NCBI RefSeq assembly: GCF_018977255.1
Contig: NW_024704743.1
Span: 88,228,001-88,292,000, forward strand
DNA from: Callorhinchus milii
Taxonomy: Eukaryota
Reading direction: 5' to 3'
DNA length: 64,000 bases
The position numbers and the translations under genes were made by a program. This document shows positions 11,425-23,087 of this stretch, in pieces (within the stretch, counting starts at the first letter, position 1; every line of letters starts with the position of its first letter). The notes beneath the pieces were generated by a model. That model was given only the letters and a program-made list of their open reading frames with translations, made no database searches and had not been told where the DNA came from.

Positions 11425-13195
11425 TTCTCATAGCTATCTCCCTCTCCTCCTTCTCCACGATTGTTCGCAAACTCAAACCCACCACCTGCTCCCTCGATCC
11501 CATCCCCACATCTCTCCTCATCTCCCAGCTCCACCTTTTGGCCCCTCTCCTGTCCAACGTCATCAACCTCTCCTTGTCAACCGGTTCAGTTCCAACACTC
11601 CTAAAAACAGCTGTCATCACCCTCATCCTGAAAAAACCTTCCCTGGACCCATCCCTACTCTCCAGCTACCGCCCCATCTCTAACCTCCCATTCCTCCCCA
11701 AGGTCCTGGAACAAGTCATTGCGTCCCAGCTCCACTCCTTTCTCTCTCGCCCTCTTTGAACCCCTCCAATCCGGCTTCCGCGCTGCCCACAGCACGGAAA
11801 CAGCCCTGGTCAAAGTCACGAATGACATTCTGAACTGTGATCAGGACTCCCTCTGCCTCCTTGTCCTCCTCGACCTCTCTGCCGCCTTCGACACTGTTGA
11901 CCACTCCATCCTCATATACCGCCTCTCCTCCTTACTTAATCTTCGCGGACCTGTGCTTGTCTGGTTCGATTCCTATCTCTCTCACCATCTCCACTTTGTT
12001 GCCTCTAACAGTTTTTTCTCCAGCCCCCACACTGTCACATCTGTTGTCTCCCAGGGCTCTGTCCTTGGCCCTCTCCTCTTTAATATCTACATGCTCCCCC
12101 TTGGTGACATCATCCATGGGGTCAACTTCCATATGAATGCGGATGATACCCACCTCTATCTTTCTGCCTCCACCCTCAACTCCAGGACCACTGCTGTCCT
12201 GACAGACTGCCTGTCGGACATCAAGTCTGGATGAGGGCAAACTTCCCACAGTTGAATGTGAACAAGACTGAGGCCCCCCTGATTGGCTCGCACCAGCGCC
12301 TCAGCACCTCAGTCTGCTCCCTCTTTAAAGCTTTAAAGTTTGTGGCCCCTGCCTGGGAATTGAACTCCAGGTCCTCTCCACTTGGCAAAAAAGGCGCCGG
12401 AGCTGCCTCCTGAACTCTAACCACTGAGCTACAGGACTCCATAGGACTCTATGGTTGCACACTACAACTTACCAAGCCAGTCAGGAACCTAGGTGTCTTG
12501 TTCGACTCTCAACTGTCTTTTCTTCCCCACATCCAAGCCATGACCCGCTCTGCCTTCCCTCACCTCCGTAACATTGCCCGATTACACCACCACCTCGCCC
12601 CTTAGGCCGCTGAAACTCTTGTTCATGCCTTCATCATCTCCAGGCTCGACTATGCAAATGCCCTGCTTGTTAGCCTTCCCAATTCCTCCTTCCACAGGCT
12701 GCAGATAATCCAGAACTCTGCAGCCCGTGTCCTCTCCTGCACCAAACTCCATGACCCCATCTCCCATTCTTGCCCAACTCCATTGGCTCCCTATCTTTCA
12801 GAGGATCCAATTCTCACCTACAAAGCCCTCAATGGTCTCGCCACCCTATCTCTGTGACCTCCTAAACCCCTATCAACCCACCTGTTTCAACCGGCTCTGG
12901 CCTGCTCCACGTCCCCTGACCCATTTGCCCCACCATTGGCTGGAGAGCCTTCAGTCACTCTGCCCCCAACCTCTGGAATTCCATCCCCCATCACTCCGCC
13001 TCACCCCCTCCTCAGCCTCCTTCAAGTCCCATCTAAAAGCTCTCCTCTTCAACCATGGCAATGGTCACCCCCCCTTCCCCTCCCTTCTCTCCCCTGATCC
13101 CAGCTCGGGTCTGAAATGCTGTACACTGTCCAGTGGCTTTGGACACCATCCCGACGTGAAAGGCGCTATACAAATGTAATCTTGTTGCTGTTATT
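11425..13195 (+). mobile_element. L2 LINE, 5'-truncated, decayed reverse-transcriptase ORF2 (pseudogenised)
   Basis: PTTCSLDPIPT, YRPISNLPFL.KVLE, QSGFRAAHSTETALVKVTNDIL, LLDLSAAFDTVDH, SQGSVLGPLLF, NADDT (degenerate YADD), LHWLP; frameshifts and stops; ends gacgtgaaaggcgctatacaaatgtaatcttgttgctg. Confidence 0.95.
12345..12441 (-). mobile_element. Isolated tRNA-like SINE head nested in the L2
   Basis: ctctaaccactgagctacaggactcca and cctgcctgggaattgaac match the reverse complement of the young SINE head. Confidence 0.8.
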
Positions 13196-13439
13196 ATATG
13201 TCTATTATACCATGGTTGCTTTACATTTCATCATGTTGTGAAAGGCCATACTGTCTCTTTCTCTCTCTGTGAAATATATATAAATCAGGTGGCTTTGTGA
13301 CATAATGCTGAAGTTATCTTCTCTATACAAAGATACAAAGACTACTAGTCAATAGCAGTAAAATTCAAGGTATTCATATGGGGGTCAGCTGGTAATTTGC
13401 ATGAGAAACAGTTGTAAAATTTATGCTCCTCAATGTCCC

Positions 13440-14095
13440 CTTGAACTTTATCTGGGGGATTGTTGGCCTGATTGACAAGGGTTGCCAACTCTGGTTGTAT
13501 GTGTTCCCTGGATGTTTCATCAGATGATGTAATGCCAGTAAGGACTGAGCTACTCTGAAACAAATTCATTTCAGAACGGTGCAAAAATCATCCATTTTAG
13601 AAAAATGGATCTGTTCCTTTTCAAAGTGTAAAACCCTGTGATTGCTCATGAGCCAGAGTCGTATTTGGTCTTTATCATAAAGTGAGACAGCATTGACTTC
13701 ATGGTGGTTATATAGGGTAAGTCGCAGCACCAGTAGATCAATAAGATGGTTGAGAGAGGGCAAGCAAACATTCCCTTGACATTTCAAACAGTGGCTGGAT
13801 TTTACAGTCTCCAGGTGTGTGTGTGTAAAAAAAATTAATGACAGGATAAATCTCATTCACCATTCAATCTTCATTTTGAGAATTCCCTGTGATTGTTCTC
13901 CCAGGTCGCTTTCTGCTTTGTCCGGGAGATTGATCTTTAATTCCTGGAGACTCCAGGACAATGCTGGAGGGTTGACAACCCTAGCCAGCACACCAGCAGA
14001 AACTCCCTTCTCTTTCCGAATAGTGCCATGGGATCTTCAATGCCTGCCTGAACAAGCAGACAGGCAACTTGGTTTAATGAATCATCTGAAATGAA
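13440..14095 (-). mobile_element. DeuSINE-type fragment split by a DNA transposon
   Basis: tatctgggggattgttggcc (~13450-13468) continues as caccagcagaaactccc...atagtgccatgggatc (13990 onward). Confidence 0.7.
13477..13983. mobile_element. Non-autonomous hAT-like DNA transposon
   Basis: terminal inverted repeats aagggttgccaac / gttgacaacccta; interrupts a SINE. Confidence 0.65.
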
Positions 14096-14283
14096 TGACC
14101 AATTTTGTCTGGAGTCTCAGGTTGGAAGCTGAGTTTTCTGCAGTTCTTAAAAGTTAAAACAATTTAATGATCAGCAGAGTATTTAAATTATTTTATCTTT
14201 TACATTGGGTTATTGCTTTTCAAACAGTTAATATAATAATGATGCTAAATATGAGTAAAATATTCATTTGTTATTTGTCTTTA

Positions 14284-14606
14284 GTGGATTCCTGTAGCTC
14301 AGTGGTTAGACCACTCGCTTTGCAAGTGAGAGACCTGAGTTCATTCCAGGCAGAGGGCGAAACCTTGGGCAAGTTCCTTACTCCACACAGAGCCTAATAA
14401 TAATCCCTCCAAAAAACCAAAAACAATAATAAATTGGTCATTTTCAATCCACGACTGTTTGTGGGACATTGCTGTGCGCAATTGGCTGCCGCGTTCGCCC
14501 ACAAATATACAGTCAATTCACTTTACAGTGTGTTCTGTGAAGTGCTTTGGGATGTCTCCCGACGTGAAAAGCGCTATATCAAATGCAAGGATTATTATTA
14601 TTATTA
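14284..14606 (+). mobile_element. Full-length young tRNA-Ala-derived SINE (short form)
   Basis: A box tagctcagtgg, ctcgc-tttgcaa anticodon-like arm, B-box region, ccttgggcaagt, (TTA)n tail; multiple high-identity copies in the window. Confidence 0.95.
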
Positions 14607-15454
14607 AAAGACCCAGCACAGATACAATGGCTGTCTTTTTTTGCTGTATATTTCTATGGTTCTAAGGTTAGCTTGTATCCTACAATCTCCAGACACTTTG
14701 GTCATTTGTTCCCTCCCTCCCAAAGTCTATGTTTCACATTGCCTGGTCCGGAGGTTTGGAAGGTAAGCCAACATGTCCAACATGACTACTGTGCTTAGCT
14801 ATAAGGGTCACAGAGATAAATTTTTAAAAAAAGCTGTGTTCCCAGTAAAACGAAAAAATAAAGCTCACCACCTGAATGATGTACAGCCAACGAAGAACCA
14901 TTCACAAAGGTGTTAGCAAATGGAACAATATCTGGTTGCTGTTGGGTGAGCTCGTGATGTGAGCTTTAATGTGTTTAACGTGATATTTCATTGAACTCGA
15001 CAGCTCGACCTGTTTCCAGCCTGACTGCAGCATGAGCACTCAGCCATTTGCCAGCTGGCCAGACTGGGTCACATCTGTTTCTGTTATTTAGGTGTGCTCA
15101 TACCTGATGATCAGTCTTTTATTTAGGTGGACACGCACTGGATAATCAGTCTTATAACGCACTTTCCTTTATTACAAAATCCTTTTCTGTCATTTTATGC
15201 GCTTTCCTTTTCATGTAAAAAAAACTCTGCTTTATATATTTAATCATCCTGTAAATTATTTGATTCATGTATTTGTTCTGTTTATTTCATAACTTCAAAA
15301 AATTATAAATACTAGTTACAAGCACATTCCTTCCAGGCACTCATCCTCTTTCCCTGCCACTGTAAGCGCACTGCTAGACTTTTCACTATTCCATTTTTTC
15401 TAACATGATCATTTGATATTTTCTCTGATTCTAACCTCCCAAATAGCGTGAGTC

Positions 15455-15597
15455 CCCAGTCACTTCATGGCTGTTTGTAGGACATTGCTGTGCACAAATT
15501 GACTGCTGCGTTTGCCTACAAAATACATATCACTATACTTTAAGTATATCCTTTGAGATGCCCTCCTGACTATATCAAATGTAAGGATAAGTATTAT
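15455..15597 (+). mobile_element. SINE 3' half, old
   Basis: cacttcatggctgtttgtaggacattgctgtgcacaaattg. Confidence 0.7.
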
Positions 15598-16024
15598 AAA
15601 GCATGTTTTAAATTGTCTCCCAACTTTCTAATTGCTGAGACAAAAGCTGAATTGGTTGCTAGTAGGTGTGTACTGTGATTTCCCTTGGGCTTCCCTTTCT
15701 ACTTCTCTCAATACTGAATTAAGATTGGAGGATAATCCGTAAATTGCAGATGAAAGTCCACTTCTCAGAGAAACAGACCTTTGAACCACCCACACCATTG
15801 TTCACCTGGGTTAAAGCTTTCTTAGGCAGTCTGTTTCAGCAACTGCAAAGTTACTGGGGAACAAAATCCAACAGTTTCTTTTAATATGGTCAAAAATGCA
15901 GTTCTATTTCTTGGTTTCAATGAGAACTAAACAGCAAATTGGCAGAACTTCTTTCTCTTATAATATGATCATTGGTAAGGAATTCCCCTCTCCCCCACCA
16001 CCCATGTGGACACTCCATGCCAAG

Positions 16025-16390
16025 CTGGGGATGCATTGTATTGGTGTCATTCTTCAGATGAGATGTTATTCGAGGTTCTGTCTGTTCAGATAAACATTAA
16101 AGATCCCATTCAAACAGAAAAATATACAGTCAATTCATTTACAGTATATTCTGTGAAGCGCTTTGAGACATAGCGAAGACGTGATAAGGTGCTATATCAA
16201 ATGCAAGGATTATTATTAGAAAAGGTGTTTTCTTGGTGTCCTGGCCAATAATTCTCCAGATAAAATTGGTTATTCATTTCATGGCTGTTTCTGTGACAAT
16301 ACTGTATGCAAGTTGGCTGCTGCATTCGCCTATGAATACACACTACATTCCACATTAAATCCTGTGAAGTGCTTTGAGATGTCCTCCTGT
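16025..16390 (+). mobile_element. DeuSINE-type element with a nested young SINE 3' end (~16117-16218)
   Basis: ttcagatgagatgtta..ctgttcagataaacattaaagatccc, interrupted, resuming gaaaaggtgttttcttggtgtcctggcc. Confidence 0.75.
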
Positions 16391-16787
16391 TCATCTCATT
16401 TGCCTGAACTAAAACACTGTTTGCAAAAATAATGGAGTTTCTCCTGGTGTCCTTCCCAAAAATCGTCCTGTTGAATTAATCATTCACTTCATGGGTGTTT
16501 GTGCAACTTGCTAGTCTAAACTGGCTGCCAAGTCTCTCTTCAGATATACAGTCACTGCACTTGATAACAATTACACTCAGTAGCAATTCTCAGGTATTAT
16601 TATTTATTTAGGAACAATGAACTTGGCTGTCCTATATATGAAGCACATTTAAACAATTAGTTATTGATTTAGTTATTTTACAGCGTGTGGAAATTTACTT
16701 ACATCTCTTTAGAAACCAAAAGGTTTTTCACAGCCGAATAAGGTGTAACTGGCTCAGAATTTCAAGTGCAACATTCTCCTCTGTTAA

Positions 16788-17092
16788 ATAATAATCATAA
16801 TAATCCTTGCATTTGATATAGCACTTTTCACATCTTCTAGTTGTCCTAAAGTGCTTCATAGAACATACTGTAAAATGAATTGACTGAATATTTGTGGGCA
16901 AAACGTGGCAGCTAATCGCACACAGTAGTGCCTCACAAACAGTCGTGGATTGAGTTACCAAATTATTATTTTTTTTCTGGAGGGATTATTATCAGGCATG
17001 TGGAATAAAGAAACTTGCCCAAGGTTTCGCCCTGCCTGGGAATCAAACCCAGGTCTGTCGTTTGCGAGGCAAGTGCTCTAACCACTGAGCTA
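16788..17092 (-). mobile_element. Young tRNA-Ala-derived SINE (short form)
   Basis: reverse complement of the 14284/23088 copies from tail to A box. Confidence 0.93.
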
Positions 17093-17954
17093 AATCAACA
17101 ATTGGCAACATTTATACAAAAGCACATTAATAAGAAGTGCTTTGAGAAATCTCAATGATTTGATAAGGTGCTATATCAAATGCAATGATTATTATTATGG
17201 TCAAAACCTAACCCTGTAAAAAGAAACAGTTTCTAATATAATTGAATGTTTGACCAGCACTTTGGGCTTTTTGGCGGCAAAATAAGACTACATTTAGATA
17301 TCTAGTAAGGTTATTTCCATTGATTGCCAATTCACATATACAGTATGAGGCAGACGTGCTATTTCACAGCCATGCTCTCCAGACAGTTTTGTTAAACAAA
17401 TGTAAATTGGGAATTTAAAAAATGGCAAGATCATTATCATCAAGCTATAATTAGACTTTCAGGAACTCTTTCAGCAAAACTGCAACTTTTTCTAGACTAC
17501 CAATGGGGCTAATTTGCCATTTTATAGACTGTGCAAAATAAACCCTCTGAAACGCTACTTAATGTATGATGCCTTTGTTTCATTAAGTCAAACACCATCA
17601 AGATGTCTTCCCACACCATCATTTAGTTCCTTTTCTTTTGTATGAAGACATTGAAGATAGCCAGCCACCCGCCAGCCTCCTAAAGGCTACAGAGTAACTT
17701 GGATATAAAAGCTACCTATTATGTGTGAAAATAGACCCAGGACTCGAAATCAACACATGGTCAGAATGAAGCCTTTTATTTATACAGCCCTAATAAATGT
17801 TGCAGTCTTTGTTTCTTTGGGAATAAAATGTAGGAAAAACAACAACAACTTGCATTTATATAACAGGCTTTCATTTATATAACGTGGTAGCATCTCGGAG
17901 CACTTGACCACACCCCCGCCCCCCCAGCAGATTGATTTGACGAGACTTTGTATG

Positions 17955-18290
17955 ACTTTCAAATGCCACCACAGCCTTGCCTAATCTTTCTCTGTAATCA
18001 CTTCCAGCCCCAGTCTTCTCCACACTCACTCCACTCTGTAAAGCTGCTACATGTTCCTTACTTCCTCTGCCCAATGATTGACAGCTAAGCTTTCAACCAC
18101 TGGGCTCCACTCTGGAACTCTCCCAAAATGCCTTTCATTCACATCCCTTTTATGATTCAAAGCCCTTATAAAAACATACCTCTTGGACTGCACATTTGGT
18201 CCTTGTCATCTATCCCTCTATCTTGCACAATATTGGGATTTCCATTTCATATCTCTGAAATGCTTGGAGACATCCTAACTGAAAGGCATA
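17955..18290 (+). mobile_element. Old L2 3' fragment
   Basis: gctttcaaccactgggctccactctggaactc...aaaacatacctctt (AF..LWN.L..KT.L). Confidence 0.6.
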
Positions 18291-18526
18291 CATAACAACA
18301 ACTTACATTTACATAGCGCCCTTCACGCAAGGCAGTGACTCAGAGTGCTTGTGATGCAAGTTGTTGTTAGGTAGTTTTACATTATTGTGATGATAAAACA
18401 CAGCCAGGTAACTGGTGCATTCTATCAGTGGGCAGGCAGTCAAACAAAATGATTTGTTATCACAGCAAAGCCATCCAGGGAAATGCTAACTGTGGGGGGA
18501 AATGAATAGAGTAAGGGGGGGAGGGC

Positions 18527-18980
18527 ACCACCAACAACGAAATTACATTTGTATAGCGATTTTCACATCGGGAGGACATCACAAAGTGCTGGACAATCAG
18601 TGATTCAGACCCAAGCTGGGGGTCGTGATCATGGAGGGTGGAGAGCAAGGGTGGAAGAAGGGTGATCGAAGGCACAGTCAAAGAAGAGTGTCTTGAGACA
18701 TGCCTTGAATATCCTAGAGTCAAGGGTGGAGGCAGAGAGATAGAATTGGGTGTCATCCGCATACATGTGGAAGTTAATCCCATGTCTGTGGATGATGTCA
18801 CCAAGAGGGAGCATATAGATATTGAAAAGGAGGGAACCAAGAACAGAGGCCTGAGGAACTCCAAACAAGACTGTGCGGGGTCTAGAGGAGAAGCCGTTTG
18901 TGGAGATGAAGTGGAGACGCTGTGAGAGGTTGGATCTGAACCATTCATGGACCATGAAGGTTGAGGTGAGAGGCGAGGCA
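18527..18980 (-). mobile_element. L2 fragment with large internal deletion
   Basis: [31 protein letters not shown] joined directly to [11 protein letters not shown] and the L2 tail. Confidence 0.9.
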
Positions 18981-20049
18981 AACAGCATTGCTGTTACGCA
19001 TCACATAAGAGCCAGTGTAAAGCGTAACTTTAGTGTTGGGATCAGCATTGTAAATGGTAAGTCCTTAGCCCAGGTATTTAATTGAAAAAAATATTTTATA
19101 AATATTCCACAGCTCTTCTCTGAAACCCTGAGTCCTCTACAACTCCTACAGTTAAGCATCTGTATACCTGTTGCAGTGTACCTATCAACCTCTTAAGGGG
19201 CCAGGATGGAGTGCAATCATTAATATATGACCCAGATGTTTATCAATGATTTTGAAAAAATTCAAACAAGTCAAACAATCCTTCTTCCCTCTATAGATAA
19301 CATTCACTTTTCTAGCAAAACAAAATTCAGTGTGTTTCACTGGGGCTTAAAGTCTGGTCTAAATTAAGATATTCCTTAAGTAACAAATATGAATTACCCA
19401 GATGTGTTGGAGGTAGAAATTAAATCCCAGTATCTATTGAAGATATCTGTTCCTCTCAGTATGCACTTATTCCTATTGTTCTTTCAAGTAGTGACTAATC
19501 CAGGTTTTTTTCAAGGAGTCAATCATCAGAGCCTCAATCGCTTTTGGGAAATCGCATTATAAAGATGTAATGAAAAAAATGGCTACTTTTATTGATCAGT
19601 GCATGCTCGTCCCTTCCATGGAGAAAATAATTCTAATTTCTGATCCCGCTGGAGGCTTTTAATTTGAAATCTGTGCCCTGTAATTTTTACCTCGCCTGCT
19701 TACACCCACTGCATTTTAAAGAGACCTGGCCATGCCTCACTCAGTCTTTGAGTTTCGTCTGAGAATAAGTTAAACTCTGTGAGGCTCTCTTCATAATGTA
19801 GATCCATCCCCATGCCCAGAGTTATCCTTATTCCTATTTTACAGAATTTGGATTTTCTAAAACTTTTTTTTTTAAGCTGGGTGTCTGACACGTGCTGAAA
19901 CCCAACATCATGCTGAACCAGTCTGTGAGTTCCAGGTATGCCATTTACGCATGAAAATTCCCATGTCTGGAATAGAATGGTTCTCTTTTCTCAGAAAGAC
20001 ACATCGAGCTTACTTCATTTTGTAGAATATTAGGCATAGGTTAGCAAGA

Positions 20050-20220
20050 GTCAAGGCTTGAGACCCTAGAAAGTGCATTCGGTACTGCTGGAGTACCCCG
20101 TAGTTTCCACTAAAAATACCGTCTGGCTATTTTTCTGCTGCTTGTCCTGCTGGGACTACCCTACCCATTAGAGATTTTGCTTGCTGGGTTAACCGGTGCT
20201 GAATGGGAAGAATTCCTTCC
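20050..20220 (+). mobile_element. Ancient non-LTR RT-like fragment (same family as 35563-35900)
   Basis: aligns by eye with 35563-35740 (ctgcttgtcc..., gctga.tgggaagaat). Confidence 0.45.
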
Positions 20221-20426
20221 TCAAAGTACATGGCCAGAAAAGAAGATTGAATTTTTGATTTTTCCTCAATTTTCCACTAACTTAATTTTTAAGACAAAAA
20301 TGGTCTCCGAGTCCTATTTTCAAAATAATATTAGGGTAATTCATCTTCGATACTTAAGGAATGGGTTAATTTAGGCTAGAAACTAGACTCCAACATCTTT
20401 GAAGATAGGAAGTCCAAAATACCATG

Positions 20427-20733
20427 TAATAATCATTAAATTTGATATAGCGCTTTTCACGTCTTCTCGACATCTCAAAGCGCTTCCCAGAATAGACTGT
20501 AAAGTGAATTGACTGTATATTTGTGGGCGAAACACGGCAGCCAATTGCGCACAGCAGTGTCCCACAAACAGTCGTGGATTGAAAATGACCAATTTTTTAT
20601 GTTTTGTTTTGGAGGGATTATTATTAGGCGTGTGGAGTAGGGAAACTTGCCCAAGGTTTCGCCTGCCTGGAATTGAACCCAGGTGTCTCGCTTGGAAGGC
20701 AAGTGCTCTATCCACTGAGCTACAGGACTCCAC
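20427..20733 (-). mobile_element. Full-length young tRNA-Ala-derived SINE (short form)
   Basis: reverse complement of consensus; catgta occurs at both junctions. Confidence 0.95.
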
Positions 20734-20739
20734 ATGTAG

Positions 20740-20958
20740 TTCAGCCTCTAAAACCATCTTGCCTTAAAATGTACGTTCATGTAGAATTGGGGAAAAATCT
20801 TAAATTCAGTTTTAATTTGGACGCCAATTACTTTTTAAGAACTGTGCCAAAACTGGCTTTCAAATTAAAATGGGATTTAAGAACTTTATACAGTTCTGCC
20901 TTATTTTAGATTCTAAGACAAAATGGTCTTTGAGCCTGAGACGAGGTGAAATTTCAGA
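20740..20958. mobile_element. Palindromic MITE-like element (family B)
   Basis: ttctaagacaaaatggtctt...ggtgaaatttcag and tttttaagaactgtg shared with 9021-9197. Confidence 0.6.
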
Positions 20959-21986
20959 CAAGGGGAGACCAAAGCTGCACCAACTCGTGTTCTAAACGGT
21001 TCCTCTGTGATTTATACAACAAAGGGGTTTTCCCTCCTGTTGGGATTTGCCTATTATTAAGCGTAAGTCACCACATTTGGTAATTTTCCCAACAGGGAGA
21101 AAATAAACCCTTGTATAAATATCCTCAAGGTAACTATTGCAAATGTGAAGTACGAGGAGAATGTTCCAGTGTTTCAATTTACTTTCTTTGTAGTATAACG
21201 TGCTGATTAACAGCAGATGCATGGATCCATCTGGATCTCAAATTAAACGCAATGCAAGTCAACAAGCAGAAATATCCTTTGCTTATGTGAAACATATAGC
21301 AAGGTGACAAAAATGGAAAATCTAATATTTTTGCACATGATTCAGGAATCTCCTTTTCTAGTGAAAGATTTTCTTGTAAGAGATCATTTTATCTTTCTGC
21401 ACACTCATTTTGAACTGAACAAACATAATAGGTTACCTGATACAGTATATACAAAAAATCCATCAAATAATTGCTGCACAAAAAGTATTTTTCTTCATAT
21501 TTCTGCTATTGAATATTGGAGGCAGACCTGGAGATCTGGGTAGCACAACAGAAATATTTTGTAGTTCAGAACATCCTTGAAATGGAGAATTATATATTAA
21601 ATTTTGTCACTGACATTTTCCTTTCAGTGCTTCTTTAGCCTTCCAGTATCAAGCTACACCAGAAACAATTCACAATATTAGACATGATCCCTACAAAACA
21701 CGAACAAATGGGAAGAACATGTGTTTAGTGGTCAGCACATACTGCAGGTATGTGTCATTTGAATGTTTAGATCATTTTTTTTAACAGCTACACAGTAATT
21801 TATGGAACCATATTGAAGAATAAAGGGAAACATTATTAATGCTTTCCAGAGATAGCAATAAAATAAAATTACAGGGATTATGATATCTGTTTGTCCAGAA
21901 TGCAGATGAAGGGAAGAGCTGCTCTGTGTGTCTTACATGTCTCTGACCTCCCATTTATATTCTGGCATTACTTGTGATTCTTCAGC

Positions 21987-22147
21987 TGAGTCATGTAAAA
22001 TGGCCAAGTCTAAACTTTGCAAGATCTGACAATTATGCTGAGCTAAAACTCCCACCTGGTTAGCCCTGGCCCATGAAGCAGGAGGGTCATATTGGTTTGT
22101 ACGAAACATTAGATGCAAATCATCTCCTGCCCTTTTTTGCAGGAAAG
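21987..22147 (+). repeat. Copy 1 of a ~165 bp local direct duplication
   Basis: taaaatggccaagtctaaact...caaatcatctcctgcccttt..tgcaggaaag recurs at 23498-23668. Confidence 0.9.
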
Positions 22148-23087
22148 ACAAAGCTCCACTCTTGGGTCTGATTGGTAACCTAATAAATGCCTGGCTCGCA
22201 AACTGAATCCAGGCTGCTGTAAATATATAAACCCTGAGAGATTGCATTCACTTCAGATCATCCTGATTTGAACTGAATGAGATCACTCTACGGCTCTAGT
22301 GGAAATGGTGGCTTTGTTCTCAGTTTAATAATATTCAACATAAAAAGAATTACGGAAACTCGCTTTTTATAGATGTTACTTTATAGAAACTGCGAGCACG
22401 TTTTGAAAGATTAAAGGAACTCATTCAAAGAATTCCAAGGATCAGTTGCTCTCTTACGGGGACTGCCATTGTATTTTTAACGCATCTTCTCGCAGATTTT
22501 AGGTCACCTCCTCTCACAGTTTCCTGCTTTCATTTCAGTCATCCGCAATAACTGACAATTTGATCATGTTTTTCATGTAGAGCTATTACAGCTAAAAATA
22601 GATGGGAAATCTGCTTTGAATATAACCTCAAGATGGTAATGGTTTTCATAGCAGTCATCACAGTGTAATGGTATATTACCAACAACTGGTTTTCATTTGT
22701 TTAAAATCTATAAAACCTTTAGGTTTAATTTTGTGAAACGACCTATAGTCAACCTAGTCTGTGCTGGAGTAGTACAGGAGCCAAGAAGTTAAGATCTCGA
22801 CATTTTATGATCAACAGGGACTTTATGATTCTGTGGCGTCTAAGTTCTGCTGATTGTGCTTTTAACCCTAAAACCCTTGTCATTGCTCTTTGCCGTCCTG
22901 CCATATGAATTATTTAAAACTGAAAAAATCTGGGATCTTACTTGTGTTTTTGAAGCATGTATCTTTTGATGTGGTTCGCGCTTTGTCTTGGTGCTTTTCT
23001 TTGTTTTAAGCGCTCTGGGATGCCGCCCGGCGTGGAGAGAGCGATATAATGCAAGTTGTTGTTGTTGAGATCGCTAAATGAAGGCTT

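Noticed and set aside
11391..13179. Functional reverse transcriptase gene or retron-like system
   Set aside because: L2 ORF2 debris: 5'-truncated, frameshifted, YADD mutated to NADD, and interrupted by a SINE head
19700..19966. Minus-strand exon (donor gtaagc near 19703, acceptor near 19967)
   Set aside because: No recognisable peptide and a weak donor context; signals at chance level
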